From NCBI GenBank assembly GCA_902763655.1, contig CACWSW010000022.1, positions 1 through 57,469 of the forward strand: a stretch of DNA of 57,469 nucleotides, read 5' to 3'. Both the position numbers and the translations under genes were made by a program. Position 1 is the stretch's first letter. The number at the start of each line of letters is the position of its first letter. The stretch comes from an uncultured bacterium. GTDB lineage: Bacteria > Verrucomicrobiota > Kiritimatiellia > RFP12 > UBA1067. Below the pieces are notes generated by a model. That model did not search any database. It was given only the letters and a program-made list of their open reading frames with translations, and was not told the origin of the DNA. Positions 17,767-26,947 of the stretch are shown in pieces.

Positions 17767-19973
17767 TCAGAACTCGACCTTGATCGACGAGAGTTCGTAG
17801 CCGTGGGGCTTGTCGAGCGAGTCGCCGTATAGCCAGCGGCCGTAGCCGGTAGAAAAGCTCTGCACCTGGCTCATGTCTGGCTTGGTGCCGTCGTCGCGCC
17901 GCGTATTCCAGTACGGACGGAGCTTCTCCACCGGCACGCGGATCGTCTGCCATTCCGGCGTGAGCGGCAGGTCCACGCCCCAGTTGCCGCCGTCACGCTG
18001 GATGAACACGATCTCGACACGTTTCGTGAACGCGTCCGTCGCGCGCGCGCGGAACACGACCGTCTTGCCGGGCCCCGTCTCTCCGAAGATGTTCCTGAAT
18101 TCCTCGGCGTCGCAGTCGAACCGCAGTCCCACGTAGTCGCGCTTGATGAACGCGCCGTCCACGGCGGAGAGACGCACGGCCGGACGGCCCTCCGGGTCAC
18201 GCGATTTCGACTTCTTCACCTCGGGCCAGCCGCCGGTCCGCACCTTCAGCGCCTTCGCCACGTCGAAAAACTCCCAATCGTTCGGTTTTGCGCATTGGTT
18301 GATGGGAAACGCGCGCGTCTCGCTGCCGTCCGCCGTCTGCACCGTCACCACAATATTGGTGGCGCCAATCGCCGAGAGGTTGAGCGAGAGCGGCTGGCGC
18401 GCGCCCCACTGGCTCGGCACGTCGTCTATCCGCCAGCCGCAGATGCGTTCGGGGGCCGTCCGCGCGTGGAAGGGCGGCGTCTCGAGCGCGGCAAGGGCCG
18501 CGCGCGCCTTCGCGTCGAACGCGGGCACGTTCTCCAGCACGTAGTCGCCGGGCGCGAGCGTGACACGTCCCGCGCACGCCTGCGCCACAACCGCGCCGTC
18601 CGCCGCCGCGCGCACTCGGAACGACGCGCCGAGGTCGGGCAGGTTCACGGTGAGCGCCGGCGATTCGGGAAGGACCACCACCTTCGGCTGCGTACCGCCG
18701 GAGTATTCGTCGCGTATGGTGAACACGTTCGGGTGGAGCTGCAGGCGCCACACGCCGTCCGCGGCCTTGTCGAGGAAGTAGACGCCGTTGCCGGTGGACG
18801 CTGCCACGAGCGACTTCCCCACGCCCCACACGCGCCGCAGCTTCGCGGGCGCGGGCGGCGGGTCGATGGGATCGGCCGTGTAGAGGTAGTCCGTCTCGGT
18901 GGCCATCTGCGAAAGGTTGCGCGCGGCGTTGATGCGGAACGGCGGGAACACGATCTCGTTCACGGCATTCGTGTAGTCGCAGCCGCGCGGCAGGCGGCGG
19001 AACGCCTCGGCGGCGATCGCAAAGGCGAGCGCCTTGGCGGGCGTGTAGACGAGGTTGAGGTGGTGCGTCTGCCAGTTTGAGTTCACGTCGGCGAGGCACA
19101 TCGGGTCGTACTGGAACTGCGCGGCCACCTGCACGCCATCGTGGCGGAACACCTTCGCGAAGGCGGGATACATGTAGGCGCCGGGCGTGTCCGCGCAGTC
19201 GAACTCGTAGATCATGCGCGCCTTGCGGGCGATGTGCTCGTCGGGGAAGAGCGACGAACCCCTGATTTTGGCGAGCTGGAGTCCGCGCAGCGCGTGGCCG
19301 GCCACGAGGCCGGTCGGGTACGTGCTTCCCGTCACGCCGTCGATGCGCGCCTTGCCGGCGGCGGCGTTGCGCTTGTGCCAGGAATTGTAGAAGATGGGCT
19401 TCGTCGTGCCGCTCGCGCGCAGGCCGTCGGCGAGCGCGTCGATGTAGGCGGTCACTTCCTCGTCCGGTTGCTTGGGCGGGTAGATCGGCTCGTTGATCAG
19501 CTCGAAGCAGAGGATGGCGGGGTCGTCTGCGTAACGCCGCTTCGTGACTGCGTTCACGTGCTGGCCGAACTCCTTGAGGAAGCGCGCCTGGATGGCCCAA
19601 GCCGTGCGGTTCGAGGTCATTTCGCGCATCGGCCAGTCGTTGGAGAAGCCCTCCTTGTCCTCGGCGTAGGAACCGCCCCACCAGGCGATTGGCGTGAGGA
19701 CCGTGTAGATGCCGTTCCGCGCGCAGAGGTCGATCAGCTCGTCGAGGAGCGCCACGTGGTGGTTCGCCACGAACGCGCCCTCATGCGTGGAGAACTGGCG
19801 GTCGAAGCAGTGGATGCGGATGCAGGTGAGGCCGAGGCGGCGGAAGTGCGCCACGTCCTCGCGCATCACCTGCGAGAAGTCGCGTCAACCTTCGCGAGCC
19901 TTTCCGCGCGCGGCACGGCAAACGCCGCCGCCACAACCGCCACGCACACGCCACACGCTAACGTCTTCTTCAT
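17767..19973 (-). pseudogene. Clan GH-A (GH5-like) glycoside hydrolase with C-terminal CBM-like domain, split by a frameshift near 19882
   Basis: RBS plus signal peptide ORF 19973-19866 (35 aa, ..ERLAKVDA TSRR*) is out of frame with the 700-aa ORF 19869-17767 (DFSQVMREDVAHFRRLG..., FELINEP, MIYEFD). Could be a real lesion or an assembly error. Confidence 0.65.
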
Positions 19974-20018
19974 CTTAACGCTCCTTGTCTATTGCGAGCT
20001 TTTCCTGCGGCAAATCTC

Positions 20019-23000
20019 CTACCGACACAGCGATACGGGACCGAGCAATCCGGCGGGCTTCGGCGGCGTGCCCTTCTTCGGGCCCGCAATCGTCCATGTC
20101 TTGCGGTCCTTTTCAGGCAGCCCCGCGTCGTACGCGAGCCGGTTGAACCACGTGGTGGTCACGTCCACGCGCAGTTCGTTCGCGCCGTCCTTCACGAACT
20201 CGCCGATCGCGCAACGGTATGGCGGCGCCCAGAGCGTACGCACCTTCTTGCCGTTCACGAACACGTCCGCGACGGTCTCCACCACGCCAAGGTCGAGCGT
20301 CAGCGCCGAAACGGCATTGCTGGCGGGAGGGACGCGCTCCCGCGCGTCCGCACAGGTGAAAGTGGCCGTGTACGTGGCCGTGCCAGAGAAGTGGCGGCCT
20401 TCCTCGCCGAGCGGCAGTTCCGTCCAAGATGCGAGCTTGTCAAGCTTGAGCGACGCCGGCGCACCCCACCCGGCGGGGAAGGAGAGCGTCCAGTTGTGCA
20501 GCGAAACGGGAGGGACGCAATTTATTGCGTCCGCGGTCGCAGCAAGCTGCGACCCTCCCGGTTTTTCGGTCGCAACAAGTTGCGACCCTCCCCGATTGAA
20601 CACCACGAACACGCATTCTGCGGAAGCGAGGTCGAGCTTGACCGTCGTGCTGCCTTCCTCCGCGTGCGGAATCTCCGGCGCGTAGCATTTGCCTGTCACG
20701 GGATCCCACACGGTTACGTCCCCTTCCGCACGGAACGTCACCTCTCCCGAGTACGGGTCCATGCCGTTCGCCGACACGAAATACCAGTCCGCCGTGGCGT
20801 CGCGCCGGTGCAGCCACTCGACCGGGCGTTCCCCCTTCCGCCAGTCGGACGGTCCGTCGCCCGCACACGTCACGTCTGGCTTGATTCCCTCGACGACATC
20901 CTTCGCCGAACCGTAGACCACACGACTACCGCATTTTATAAAATGTGATAGCTTGGCCTTCACGGCGTCCGACATCCACCTGCGCTCCGGCACCCACAGC
21001 ACCTTCCACGTCACGCCCTCCGGCGTCGTGAAGAGCCCGTCCTTCACGGAGATGCGGTTCAAGAGCGCGTCCTTGTTCACGTAGTCGTACTTGTATCCTG
21101 GCGGGAACGGACTGCGCTCGCTCGGCTTGTGGCCGACCTCCTCGCCGAGGTACCACAGGATGTCGTTCACTGGCTTGCCTGCCTCGAGCATCGTCTCGCA
21201 CCGCGCCACCCACTTCGTGAACTCCGGCATGTGCTTCCACCAGGCCTGGCCGCGGATGAACGGCGTGCCGATGCAGTGGCCAAAGCTCGACCCCGGCGGC
21301 AGCCAGTCCGTGCGCGGGTTGTGCGTGTAGGTGTGGAACACGAGGTGCGTCACGCCGCGCGCGAACGCGTGGTTGATCGTGCCCTTCAGGTTCTTGAAGT
21401 CCTCGTCCCACTTGAGGCGCATCGACGTGCAGGCTTCGGCCGCCACGCGCCCCTTGCCGTACACGTGCGCCGCCGACGCGCATGGGATGATCGGCTTGAA
21501 GTCGTCCTGCCCCACGCTCGACTCGGCGCGCGGGAACCAGAACTCGCACATCGGCGTGTCGCAGTACTTCCAGAACGCCATCAGGTCGCCCGGCAGCACG
21601 TCGCCGAACGCCGTCTCGTACTGCGCCGTCATGCCGTACACGCGCGCCAGCTCGTCCATGCGCGCGTAGTAGTTCTTCTCCACCAGCTCACCGAGCGTCT
21701 GGCGCCAGTCGCGCAGGAAGTCTTCCGTCTTCTCCGGCGAGTCGATCACCCAGCCGAAGACGGCCGGCAGCTTCCTGCGGAAGTCGTAGCCGCGCGCCGC
21801 GCGGAAATCGGATTCCAGCGAGCGCGTCCAGGTCTGGCGGCGGCACTCCCAGCTGTCCACCACGAAGCCCTTAAGCTTGCCGCCCGCGAGCGGTCCCTTG
21901 GCGAGACGGCCGATGTAGGCGGCGAAGTGCGCGTCGATGCCTGCGCGATCCATCTTGTTGCACTCCCAGCCCGTCGCCTCCTTCGGCGCAGGGCCGTTGC
22001 GCGTGCCGTTGTTCACGTGGCCGATGCGAAGGATCGTCCATGCGCCTGCGGGCGGAGCCCACTCGAGGGTGCCGTCCTTGAACTTGTCCGTCAGGTCCAG
22101 AACCGCATCGCCGCGGATGCAACCGGGAGGGACGCAATTTATTGCGTCCGCCGAACCTTTCTCGGTCGCAACAAGTTGCGACCCTCCCCGTTTCGCGGTC
22201 GCGCAGGAGCGCGACCCTCCCAGACCTCGCAGCACCCAGCCGGCCTTGCCCTCCCAGTTGTGGAGGCGTGCGCCTGTGCGGAAACGCACGAACGGCACGT
22301 TGGCCGGATGCGCGTGCTTGATCTCCACTGTCCATTCCGCGGACGGCGGCATGTCGCCGAGCGCCATCGTGAACGGCACGCCATCCTGCCAGCAGCCTTG
22401 CGGCACTTCCGCCGAAACGCCACGGACCGAGACCGTCACGCCGGGGGCATACGCCCAGTCGTGGTTCATCTGGCGCGGCGACGGCAGCTCCACCGAACGG
22501 AACGCCATCGGCTTGTCGAAGCGGTAGACGAGCCTCAGCACGCCGTCCTTGTCCGTACGCTCTTTCGGCTTCGTCTCATAAAATCCAGGCGTGTCTCCGG
22601 AGGGCGTAGGGAACGCGAGCACGAAGAGGTCGTGGTAGTCGAGGTCTTCCGCTTTCAGGCGCGACTCCATCTGCCAGTCCGGAACTTGCAACGCCAGCCT
22701 CACGGGCTTGCCGCCAGTCACGTCCGTGCGCGAGTAGGTGAGGTTGCGCATAGCGTTCGACGGAGCGATCCACGGGCCGCCGCTCATAGACCAGCCGGGG
22801 CAGTTCTGCATCTTGAACGAGAGGCCGCGCGCCGCGCAGCCATCGGCGGCGAAGCGGATGAGGTCGTCCCAGTCTGCGCTAAGGCAGGGAATCTGCGGCG
22901 AGACGCCCGGCCACGGTCCGCCAAACTGCCCGTGGAAGAGCTGTATGCCAGAGATGCCGGCCGACGCCACCGCGTCGAGATCGGCCGCCAGGCCGCCTTT

Positions 23001-23138
23001 CGCCACGTTGCCGCCTATGAGGTGGAACCACGTCTCCGGGCGGTGTTCTTTCGATGGATCAACGAACGGACCGACCTCGATGGCCCACGCCGTTCCCGCC
23101 GCCAGCAGCAGCGCGCTTGCGCACAACGATCTTTTCAT
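20019..23138 (-). CDS. Glycoside hydrolase family 106 (alpha-L-rhamnosidase-like) carrying in-frame palindromic insertions
   Basis: RPETWFH.IGGN, MQNCPGWSMSGGPW, GWEC.K, VDSWE, PMCEFW, VAAEACT, HTYTHNP, HFSGTATY, GLLGPV motifs. Confidence 0.9.
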   Translation of the reverse strand: MKRSLCASALLLAAGTAWAIEVGPFVDPSKEHRPETWFHLIGGNVAKGGLAADLDAVASAGISGIQLFHGQFGGPWPGVSPQIPCLSADWDDLIRFAADGCAARGLSFKMQNCPGWSMSGGPWIAPSNAMRNLTYSRTDVTGGKPVRLALQVPDWQMESRLKAEDLDYHDLFVLAFPTPSGDTPGFYETKPKERTDKDGVLRLVYRFDKPMAFRSVELPSPRQMNHDWAYAPGVTVSVRGVSAEVPQGCWQDGVPFTMALGDMPPSAEWTVEIKHAHPANVPFVRFRTGARLHNWEGKAGWVLRGLGGSRSCATAKRGGSQLVATEKGSADAINCVPPGCIRGDAVLDLTDKFKDGTLEWAPPAGAWTILRIGHVNNGTRNGPAPKEATGWECNKMDRAGIDAHFAAYIGRLAKGPLAGGKLKGFVVDSWECRRQTWTRSLESDFRAARGYDFRRKLPAVFGWVIDSPEKTEDFLRDWRQTLGELVEKNYYARMDELARVYGMTAQYETAFGDVLPGDLMAFWKYCDTPMCEFWFPRAESSVGQDDFKPIIPCASAAHVYGKGRVAAEACTSMRLKWDEDFKNLKGTINHAFARGVTHLVFHTYTHNPRTDWLPPGSSFGHCIGTPFIRGQAWWKHMPEFTKWVARCETMLEAGKPVNDILWYLGEEVGHKPSERSPFPPGYKYDYVNKDALLNRISVKDGLFTTPEGVTWKVLWVPERRWMSDAVKAKLSHFIKCGSRVVYGSAKDVVEGIKPDVTCAGDGPSDWRKGERPVEWLHRRDATADWYFVSANGMDPYSGEVTFRAEGDVTVWDPVTGKCYAPEIPHAEEGSTTVKLDLASAECVFVVFNRGGSQLVATEKPGGSQLAATADAINCVPPVSLHNWTLSFPAGWGAPASLKLDKLASWTELPLGEEGRHFSGTATYTATFTCADARERVPPASNAVSALTLDLGVVETVADVFVNGKKVRTLWAPPYRCAIGEFVKDGANELRVDVTTTWFNRLAYDAGLPEKDRKTWTIAGPKKGTPPKPAGLLGPVSLCR
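20325..20351. repeat. REP-like palindrome, single copy, inside the GH106 CDS (encodes ADARERVPP)
   Basis: GGGAG-GGACGCGC-TCCC-GCGCGTCC-GC: 8-bp perfect stem. Confidence 0.8.
20508..20593. repeat. Cluster of three REP-like palindromes inside the GH106 CDS
   Basis: GGGAG-GGACGCAAT-TT-ATTGCGTCC (20508-20532); GGTCGCAGC-AA-GCTGCGACC-CTCCC (20535-20559); GGTCGCAAC-AA-GTTGCGACC-CTCCCC (20568-20593). Confidence 0.9.
22125..22221. repeat. Cluster of three REP-like palindromes inside the GH106 CDS
   Basis: GGGAG-GGACGCAAT-TT-ATTGCGTCC (22125-22149); GGTCGCAAC-AA-GTTGCGACC-CTCCCC (22164-22189); GGTCGCGC-AGGA-GCGCGACC-CTCCC (22197-22221). Confidence 0.9.
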
Positions 23139-23149
23139 GTAATTCCCTC

Positions 23150-23632
23150 CTATCGCTTGAGAATCTTCTCGGCCAGCTCCTTCGCTCCGGCGTGGTGCCA
23201 GGTGTCGAGCGTGAAGCGGCGACCGTCATTCGCGTAGACGACGAGGATCCCCTTCTTCTCCCATCGGCGGTCGTCGACTCCGCTCACGTCGGAGAACGCG
23301 AGCGGCTTGCCTCCAGTGAGCGAACCGCACATCTTCTCGTCGTCCCACTCGAGCGTCTGCAGGCGGCACCGGCCGACGCCGAGAGCGATCAGCAACGACG
23401 CGATGCCGCAGATGCCCGCGAACTGGTACTGGCGGTTGATGGCCTCCTTCTTGAGCTTGTCGAAGTCGCCCTGCCTGTCGCGCCCGTGAAGGATCTGCTC
23501 GCTGAACGTGGTGTCGTCCATCTTCGGATAGGTGATCGCGCCGTCGTACAGGAACCAGCCGCACAGGCCGAGGAAGAGAACGGCCACGCCAAGGTGGCGC
23601 ATGGCATATTCGCGATTGAGCTGAAGTTTCAT
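23150..23632 (-). CDS. Hypothetical membrane protein (two TM helices)
   Basis: Two hydrophobic segments (LGVAVLFLGLCGWFLY; FAGICGIASLLIALGV); 2-nt gap to the upstream gene; codon usage like neighbours. Confidence 0.75.
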   Translation of the reverse strand: MKLQLNREYAMRHLGVAVLFLGLCGWFLYDGAITYPKMDDTTFSEQILHGRDRQGDFDKLKKEAINRQYQFAGICGIASLLIALGVGRCRLQTLEWDDEKMCGSLTGGKPLAFSDVSGVDDRRWEKKGILVVYANDGRRFTLDTWHHAGAKELAEKILKR

Positions 23633-23634
23633 GG

Positions 23635-25491
23635 CTACTCCTTTATTCTGATGTTACGGAACTCTACCTTCATGGGCGGCCCCTGGTGGAGCTGCAGGGC
23701 GACATGCCCCTTCGCGGGGAAGAACTCCAGTCGCGGATCCTCCACGGAGGTGGTGCGCACGCCGTTGATCCACACCGTGATCGTACGCCCCTTCACCTTG
23801 ACGCGGATGTCGTTCCACTGCTCCGTGCGGTAGAGCTTCTGGAGCGCCGCGCCGTCCGCGAAGCGCGTGACCTGCTTCTTGCCGGCAGCGTCGATCACCA
23901 CATCCGCCCCGCGCTCGCCTACGAGATGCTGGCGAGGGTGATAGAGGAAGCCGACGTAGTTGCCGCCTCCGTTCATGTCCGCCTGGTAGCCGTTGTCCCC
24001 GATGAACTGGGAGAGGCAGCGCAGCTGGATGCCGCTGTTTGCGCCCTTCGAGAGACGGAACTCGGCGCGCAGCTCGAAGTCGGCTAGTTCCTTTGCCGTG
24101 TACACGAGATGATGGTTGGGCTTGCAGAGGCGCTCCTTAGTGGATTCGCCCACGATCACGCCGTCGCGCACCGAGAAGTACCCGTCCTGCTGGCTCCAGC
24201 CGGCGAGGTCGCGCCCGTTGAAGATCGGATGGAACAGCACGGCATCGGCACCGGGCACGGAGCCGCGGCGGTCGAGCGTGTCGAGAATGCGCACGAGCGC
24301 AGCCCGCTCGTCGCCTTTCGCCGCCTGCGCGGCAGACACGATCGGCTTCGCCACGGCGTCCGGTAGACGCGTTCCCGTGAGGTGGACCTCGCCGTTCTCC
24401 TGCGTGATGGTCGAGACCTCCGGTCCGTCGCCGATGCGGTACGTGAGATGGAGCTCCTTGACCTTGCCCGGAGCGGGGTCGCGCGCGAAGCCGCCGCGTC
24501 CCGCCAGGCGGTTACCCGACATGATCGAACGCGAACCACCATCGACAAGCGAACATACCATGTCCATGACGTCTACGACCGGGCGCGCAACGGGCTTGCC
24601 GTCGGCCCCAGTGACGGCATCGGGGCCGAAATAGCCGTACAGGGCCTTGATCACGGTGACCTTGGCATCGTCCGCTTCGAACGAGCGCGTGGCAATGCGG
24701 ATGATGGAGCCCGCAAGACGGTCCTCGTTCGGGAACTCCTTCAGCAAGGCAAGCAGCTGCGGCATGTCGGCCGGATCGCAGAGCGTGGCGAAGGACCTGA
24801 ACACCTCGGCGCGCAGGCCAGCGTCCTTCGTCTTGCGCGCGAGCTCCACGAAGCGCGGCAGCAGGGACCGCACGCGGCGGTCGCCCAGCACGCCAACGGC
24901 GAGGCGGGCCTTCTTGGAATCGGGCCCGTCGACGAGCGCGAGCAGCTTCTCGACGACACCGTCGTTCGGAAACCCGACGAGCTGGCGGCGGGCAAGTGTG
25001 GCCTCGAAGCCCGACCCCAGCGCCGCATCCACGAGCGCGGGCACGACGGAGAGGTCGCCCTTCTGCACGGCGGTCTTCGGAGGAAACGCTGTTATCGCGG
25101 CGGAAGCGCCGGCATAGCCCGGCGCCACCGGCTCCTTGCGGATGCGCAGGGAGGCATCAAGCGCGGCGCGGCGTTTCGCGTCCTTCACCTTCGCGAGCGC
25201 GGCGACAAGCGCGGCCTCGGCCTCAGGGCCGGGGATGTTCTGCAGACCGTAGCGCGCGGCATGGAAGAGCGGCGGTTCGGTCGCGTCGGCGAGCAGCGCG
25301 GCGAGCGCGGGCACGCACGCGGCAGTGCCCTTGTGGCACAGTTCCTGGCAGGCCGTGACCTTGTCGTTTAGGCCGTTCTCCTTAAGCACCGCGAGCAGTT
25401 CCGGCTCGGTCATGCGGAACGCGGGCTGCTTCAGCTCAGCGGCAAAAGCGCCCAGCGCAACCAAACCACATGTCAAAAATACTTTCTTCAT
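23635..25491 (-). CDS. Secreted HEAT-repeat + small lectin-like + DUF1080 (3-keto-disaccharide hydrolase family) protein
   Basis: HEAT-like helices; DPAPGKVKEL.LTY module; DUF1080 motifs IFNGRDL.GW, DFELRAEF, NSGIQ.R, GYQAD, WND, GH.ALQLH, VEFRNI. Start corrected to ATG 25491. Confidence 0.85.
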   Translation of the reverse strand: MKKVFLTCGLVALGAFAAELKQPAFRMTEPELLAVLKENGLNDKVTACQELCHKGTAACVPALAALLADATEPPLFHAARYGLQNIPGPEAEAALVAALAKVKDAKRRAALDASLRIRKEPVAPGYAGASAAITAFPPKTAVQKGDLSVVPALVDAALGSGFEATLARRQLVGFPNDGVVEKLLALVDGPDSKKARLAVGVLGDRRVRSLLPRFVELARKTKDAGLRAEVFRSFATLCDPADMPQLLALLKEFPNEDRLAGSIIRIATRSFEADDAKVTVIKALYGYFGPDAVTGADGKPVARPVVDVMDMVCSLVDGGSRSIMSGNRLAGRGGFARDPAPGKVKELHLTYRIGDGPEVSTITQENGEVHLTGTRLPDAVAKPIVSAAQAAKGDERAALVRILDTLDRRGSVPGADAVLFHPIFNGRDLAGWSQQDGYFSVRDGVIVGESTKERLCKPNHHLVYTAKELADFELRAEFRLSKGANSGIQLRCLSQFIGDNGYQADMNGGGNYVGFLYHPRQHLVGERGADVVIDAAGKKQVTRFADGAALQKLYRTEQWNDIRVKVKGRTITVWINGVRTTSVEDPRLEFFPAKGHVALQLHQGPPMKVEFRNIRIKE

Positions 25492-25514
25492 GTTTTTCAC
25501 TCTTTCTTCATTAC

Positions 25515-25565
25515 GCCGCCAAGATGGCGGCTCTCCATACGGTCGCAATAAATTGCGACCCTCCC
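25515..25565. repeat. Two intergenic REP-like palindromes
   Basis: GCCGCC-AAGAT-GGCGGC-TCTCCA (25515-25537) and GGTCGCAAT-AA-ATTGCGACC-CTCCC (25541-25565). Confidence 0.85.
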
Positions 25566-25584
25566 GTTTCTGCTTTTCCTACCT

Positions 25585-25619
25585 ATTCACCCTTCACCTT
25601 TCACCCTTCACCTTTCACT
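25585..25619 (-). repeat. Heptamer tandem array, about 5 x GGTGAA(A/G), starting at the stop codon of the upstream gene
   Basis: + strand ATTCACC CTTCACC TTTCACC CTTCACC TTTCACT. Confidence 0.85.
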
Positions 25620-26940
25620 AGATTATCTGCCATCCTTCGCGCTGGGCGCGGGAGAGCATGCGGTTGGCCTCGGGGTCGTTGACGAATTCCTCCTTCACCG
25701 GATCCCAGGTCATATCGCGCCCGAGCCACTGGGCAATGTTGGCGCAGTGGACGGTCGTCATCGAGCGATGCATCATCACGGGATTGGCGACAGTCTTCGC
25801 GCGCGTCTTCACCGAGTTGAGGAACTGGCGCAAGTGGTTCTGGCCCGTGTAGCCCGTGCGCACGCAGTAATCGGCGAGGATCTTCTGGTAGTCGGCGAGC
25901 AGCGACGGGCGCGACGCCTCGGGCATCGTGTAGCCGTCCGCGCACGACACCCACCCCTCGGTGCCCACGTACCGGACGCCGCATGTGCCGCGCCAGCCGC
26001 GCTGCACCGCCACCATCTCCACTCCGTTCGCGAAACGCATGCGCAGGCCGTCGGGGACGGGCGTGTTCAAGCACGGATAGAACACAGGGGACGACCCCTC
26101 CATGCCGAGCGCGTCGTGGCACTGCGCGAACGTGTGGGATCCCCATTCGCCGATGATGCCGGTGTAGAGGTCGTGGTCGCGGTGCCATGCGCCGTGCAGG
26201 TAGGCCTTGTTGTACGGACGCCACGCGCAGGGCCCCAGCCAGGCGTCCCAGTCCACCTCCTCGCGCGGCGGCTCGGGCTCGGCAGGCAGCCATTGCCGCG
26301 CCAGGTTCACGTTGCCGCCAGGCGCGAGGTGGGCGTAGACGGTCTTGACCTCGCCGAGGCGGCCGAGGCGCACGAGCTCGTTGCACACTACGAAGTTGGG
26401 CTCGCTGAGGCGCTGCATGCCGGCCTGGTAGACCCGCTTGTGCTTGGCGGCGGCCGCCACCACGGCCTGTCCCTCGCGCACGGTCATCGACGCTGGCTTC
26501 TCGGTGTAGACGTCCTTGCCAGCGCGCATGGCGGTGATGGAGACGCCGGCGTGCCAGCGGTCGCCCGTTGCGGTGAGAATTGCATCGATATCCGACCGCG
26601 CGAGGAGCTCCTTCATGTCGATGTACTGCGCGCAGTCGGTGTTGCCGTAGTGCTTGTCCACGATGCCCTTGATCGCGTCGCGGCGCTCCTTGCGCACGTC
26701 GCAGATGGCGACGAACTGGACATCCTTCTCCGGCAGCACCCAGCTGCGCAGGTCGCCGGTGCCGCGATTGCCGAGGCCGATTGCACCCATGACGATGCGG
26801 TTGGAGGGGGCTACGGCGCCATCGCGCCCGAGCGCGGACGCCGGCACCAGCCACGGCAACGCCGCCGCGCTGCCAGCCCGCGCGAGAAACGAACGGCGGG
26901 ATATGCCCGTCCGCCCAGAAGCAGAGACCTTGTTTTCCAT
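25618..26940 (-). CDS. Tat-exported Gfo/Idh/MocA oxidoreductase
   Basis: SRRSFL twin-arginine signal; GAIGLGNRG, ATGDRWH, YTEKP, YQAG.QR, G.IGEWGSH motifs. Start ATG 26940. Confidence 0.9.
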   Translation of the reverse strand: MENKVSASGRTGISRRSFLARAGSAAALPWLVPASALGRDGAVAPSNRIVMGAIGLGNRGTGDLRSWVLPEKDVQFVAICDVRKERRDAIKGIVDKHYGNTDCAQYIDMKELLARSDIDAILTATGDRWHAGVSITAMRAGKDVYTEKPASMTVREGQAVVAAAAKHKRVYQAGMQRLSEPNFVVCNELVRLGRLGEVKTVYAHLAPGGNVNLARQWLPAEPEPPREEVDWDAWLGPCAWRPYNKAYLHGAWHRDHDLYTGIIGEWGSHTFAQCHDALGMEGSSPVFYPCLNTPVPDGLRMRFANGVEMVAVQRGWRGTCGVRYVGTEGWVSCADGYTMPEASRPSLLADYQKILADYCVRTGYTGQNHLRQFLNSVKTRAKTVANPVMMHRSMTTVHCANIAQWLGRDMTWDPVKEEFVNDPEANRMLSRAQREGWQII

Positions 26941-26947
26941 GCGCACC

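Noticed and set aside
19866-19890. Programmed ribosomal frameshift or phase-variable tract joining the two GH5-like fragments
   Set aside because: No slippery heptamer, homopolymer or SSR at the junction, and a conserved segment appears to be missing rather than shifted.
20508-22221. CRISPR array interpretation of the palindrome clusters
   Set aside because: Only 3 units per cluster, mixed orientation, spacers of 2-14 nt, located in a CDS, and no cas genes.
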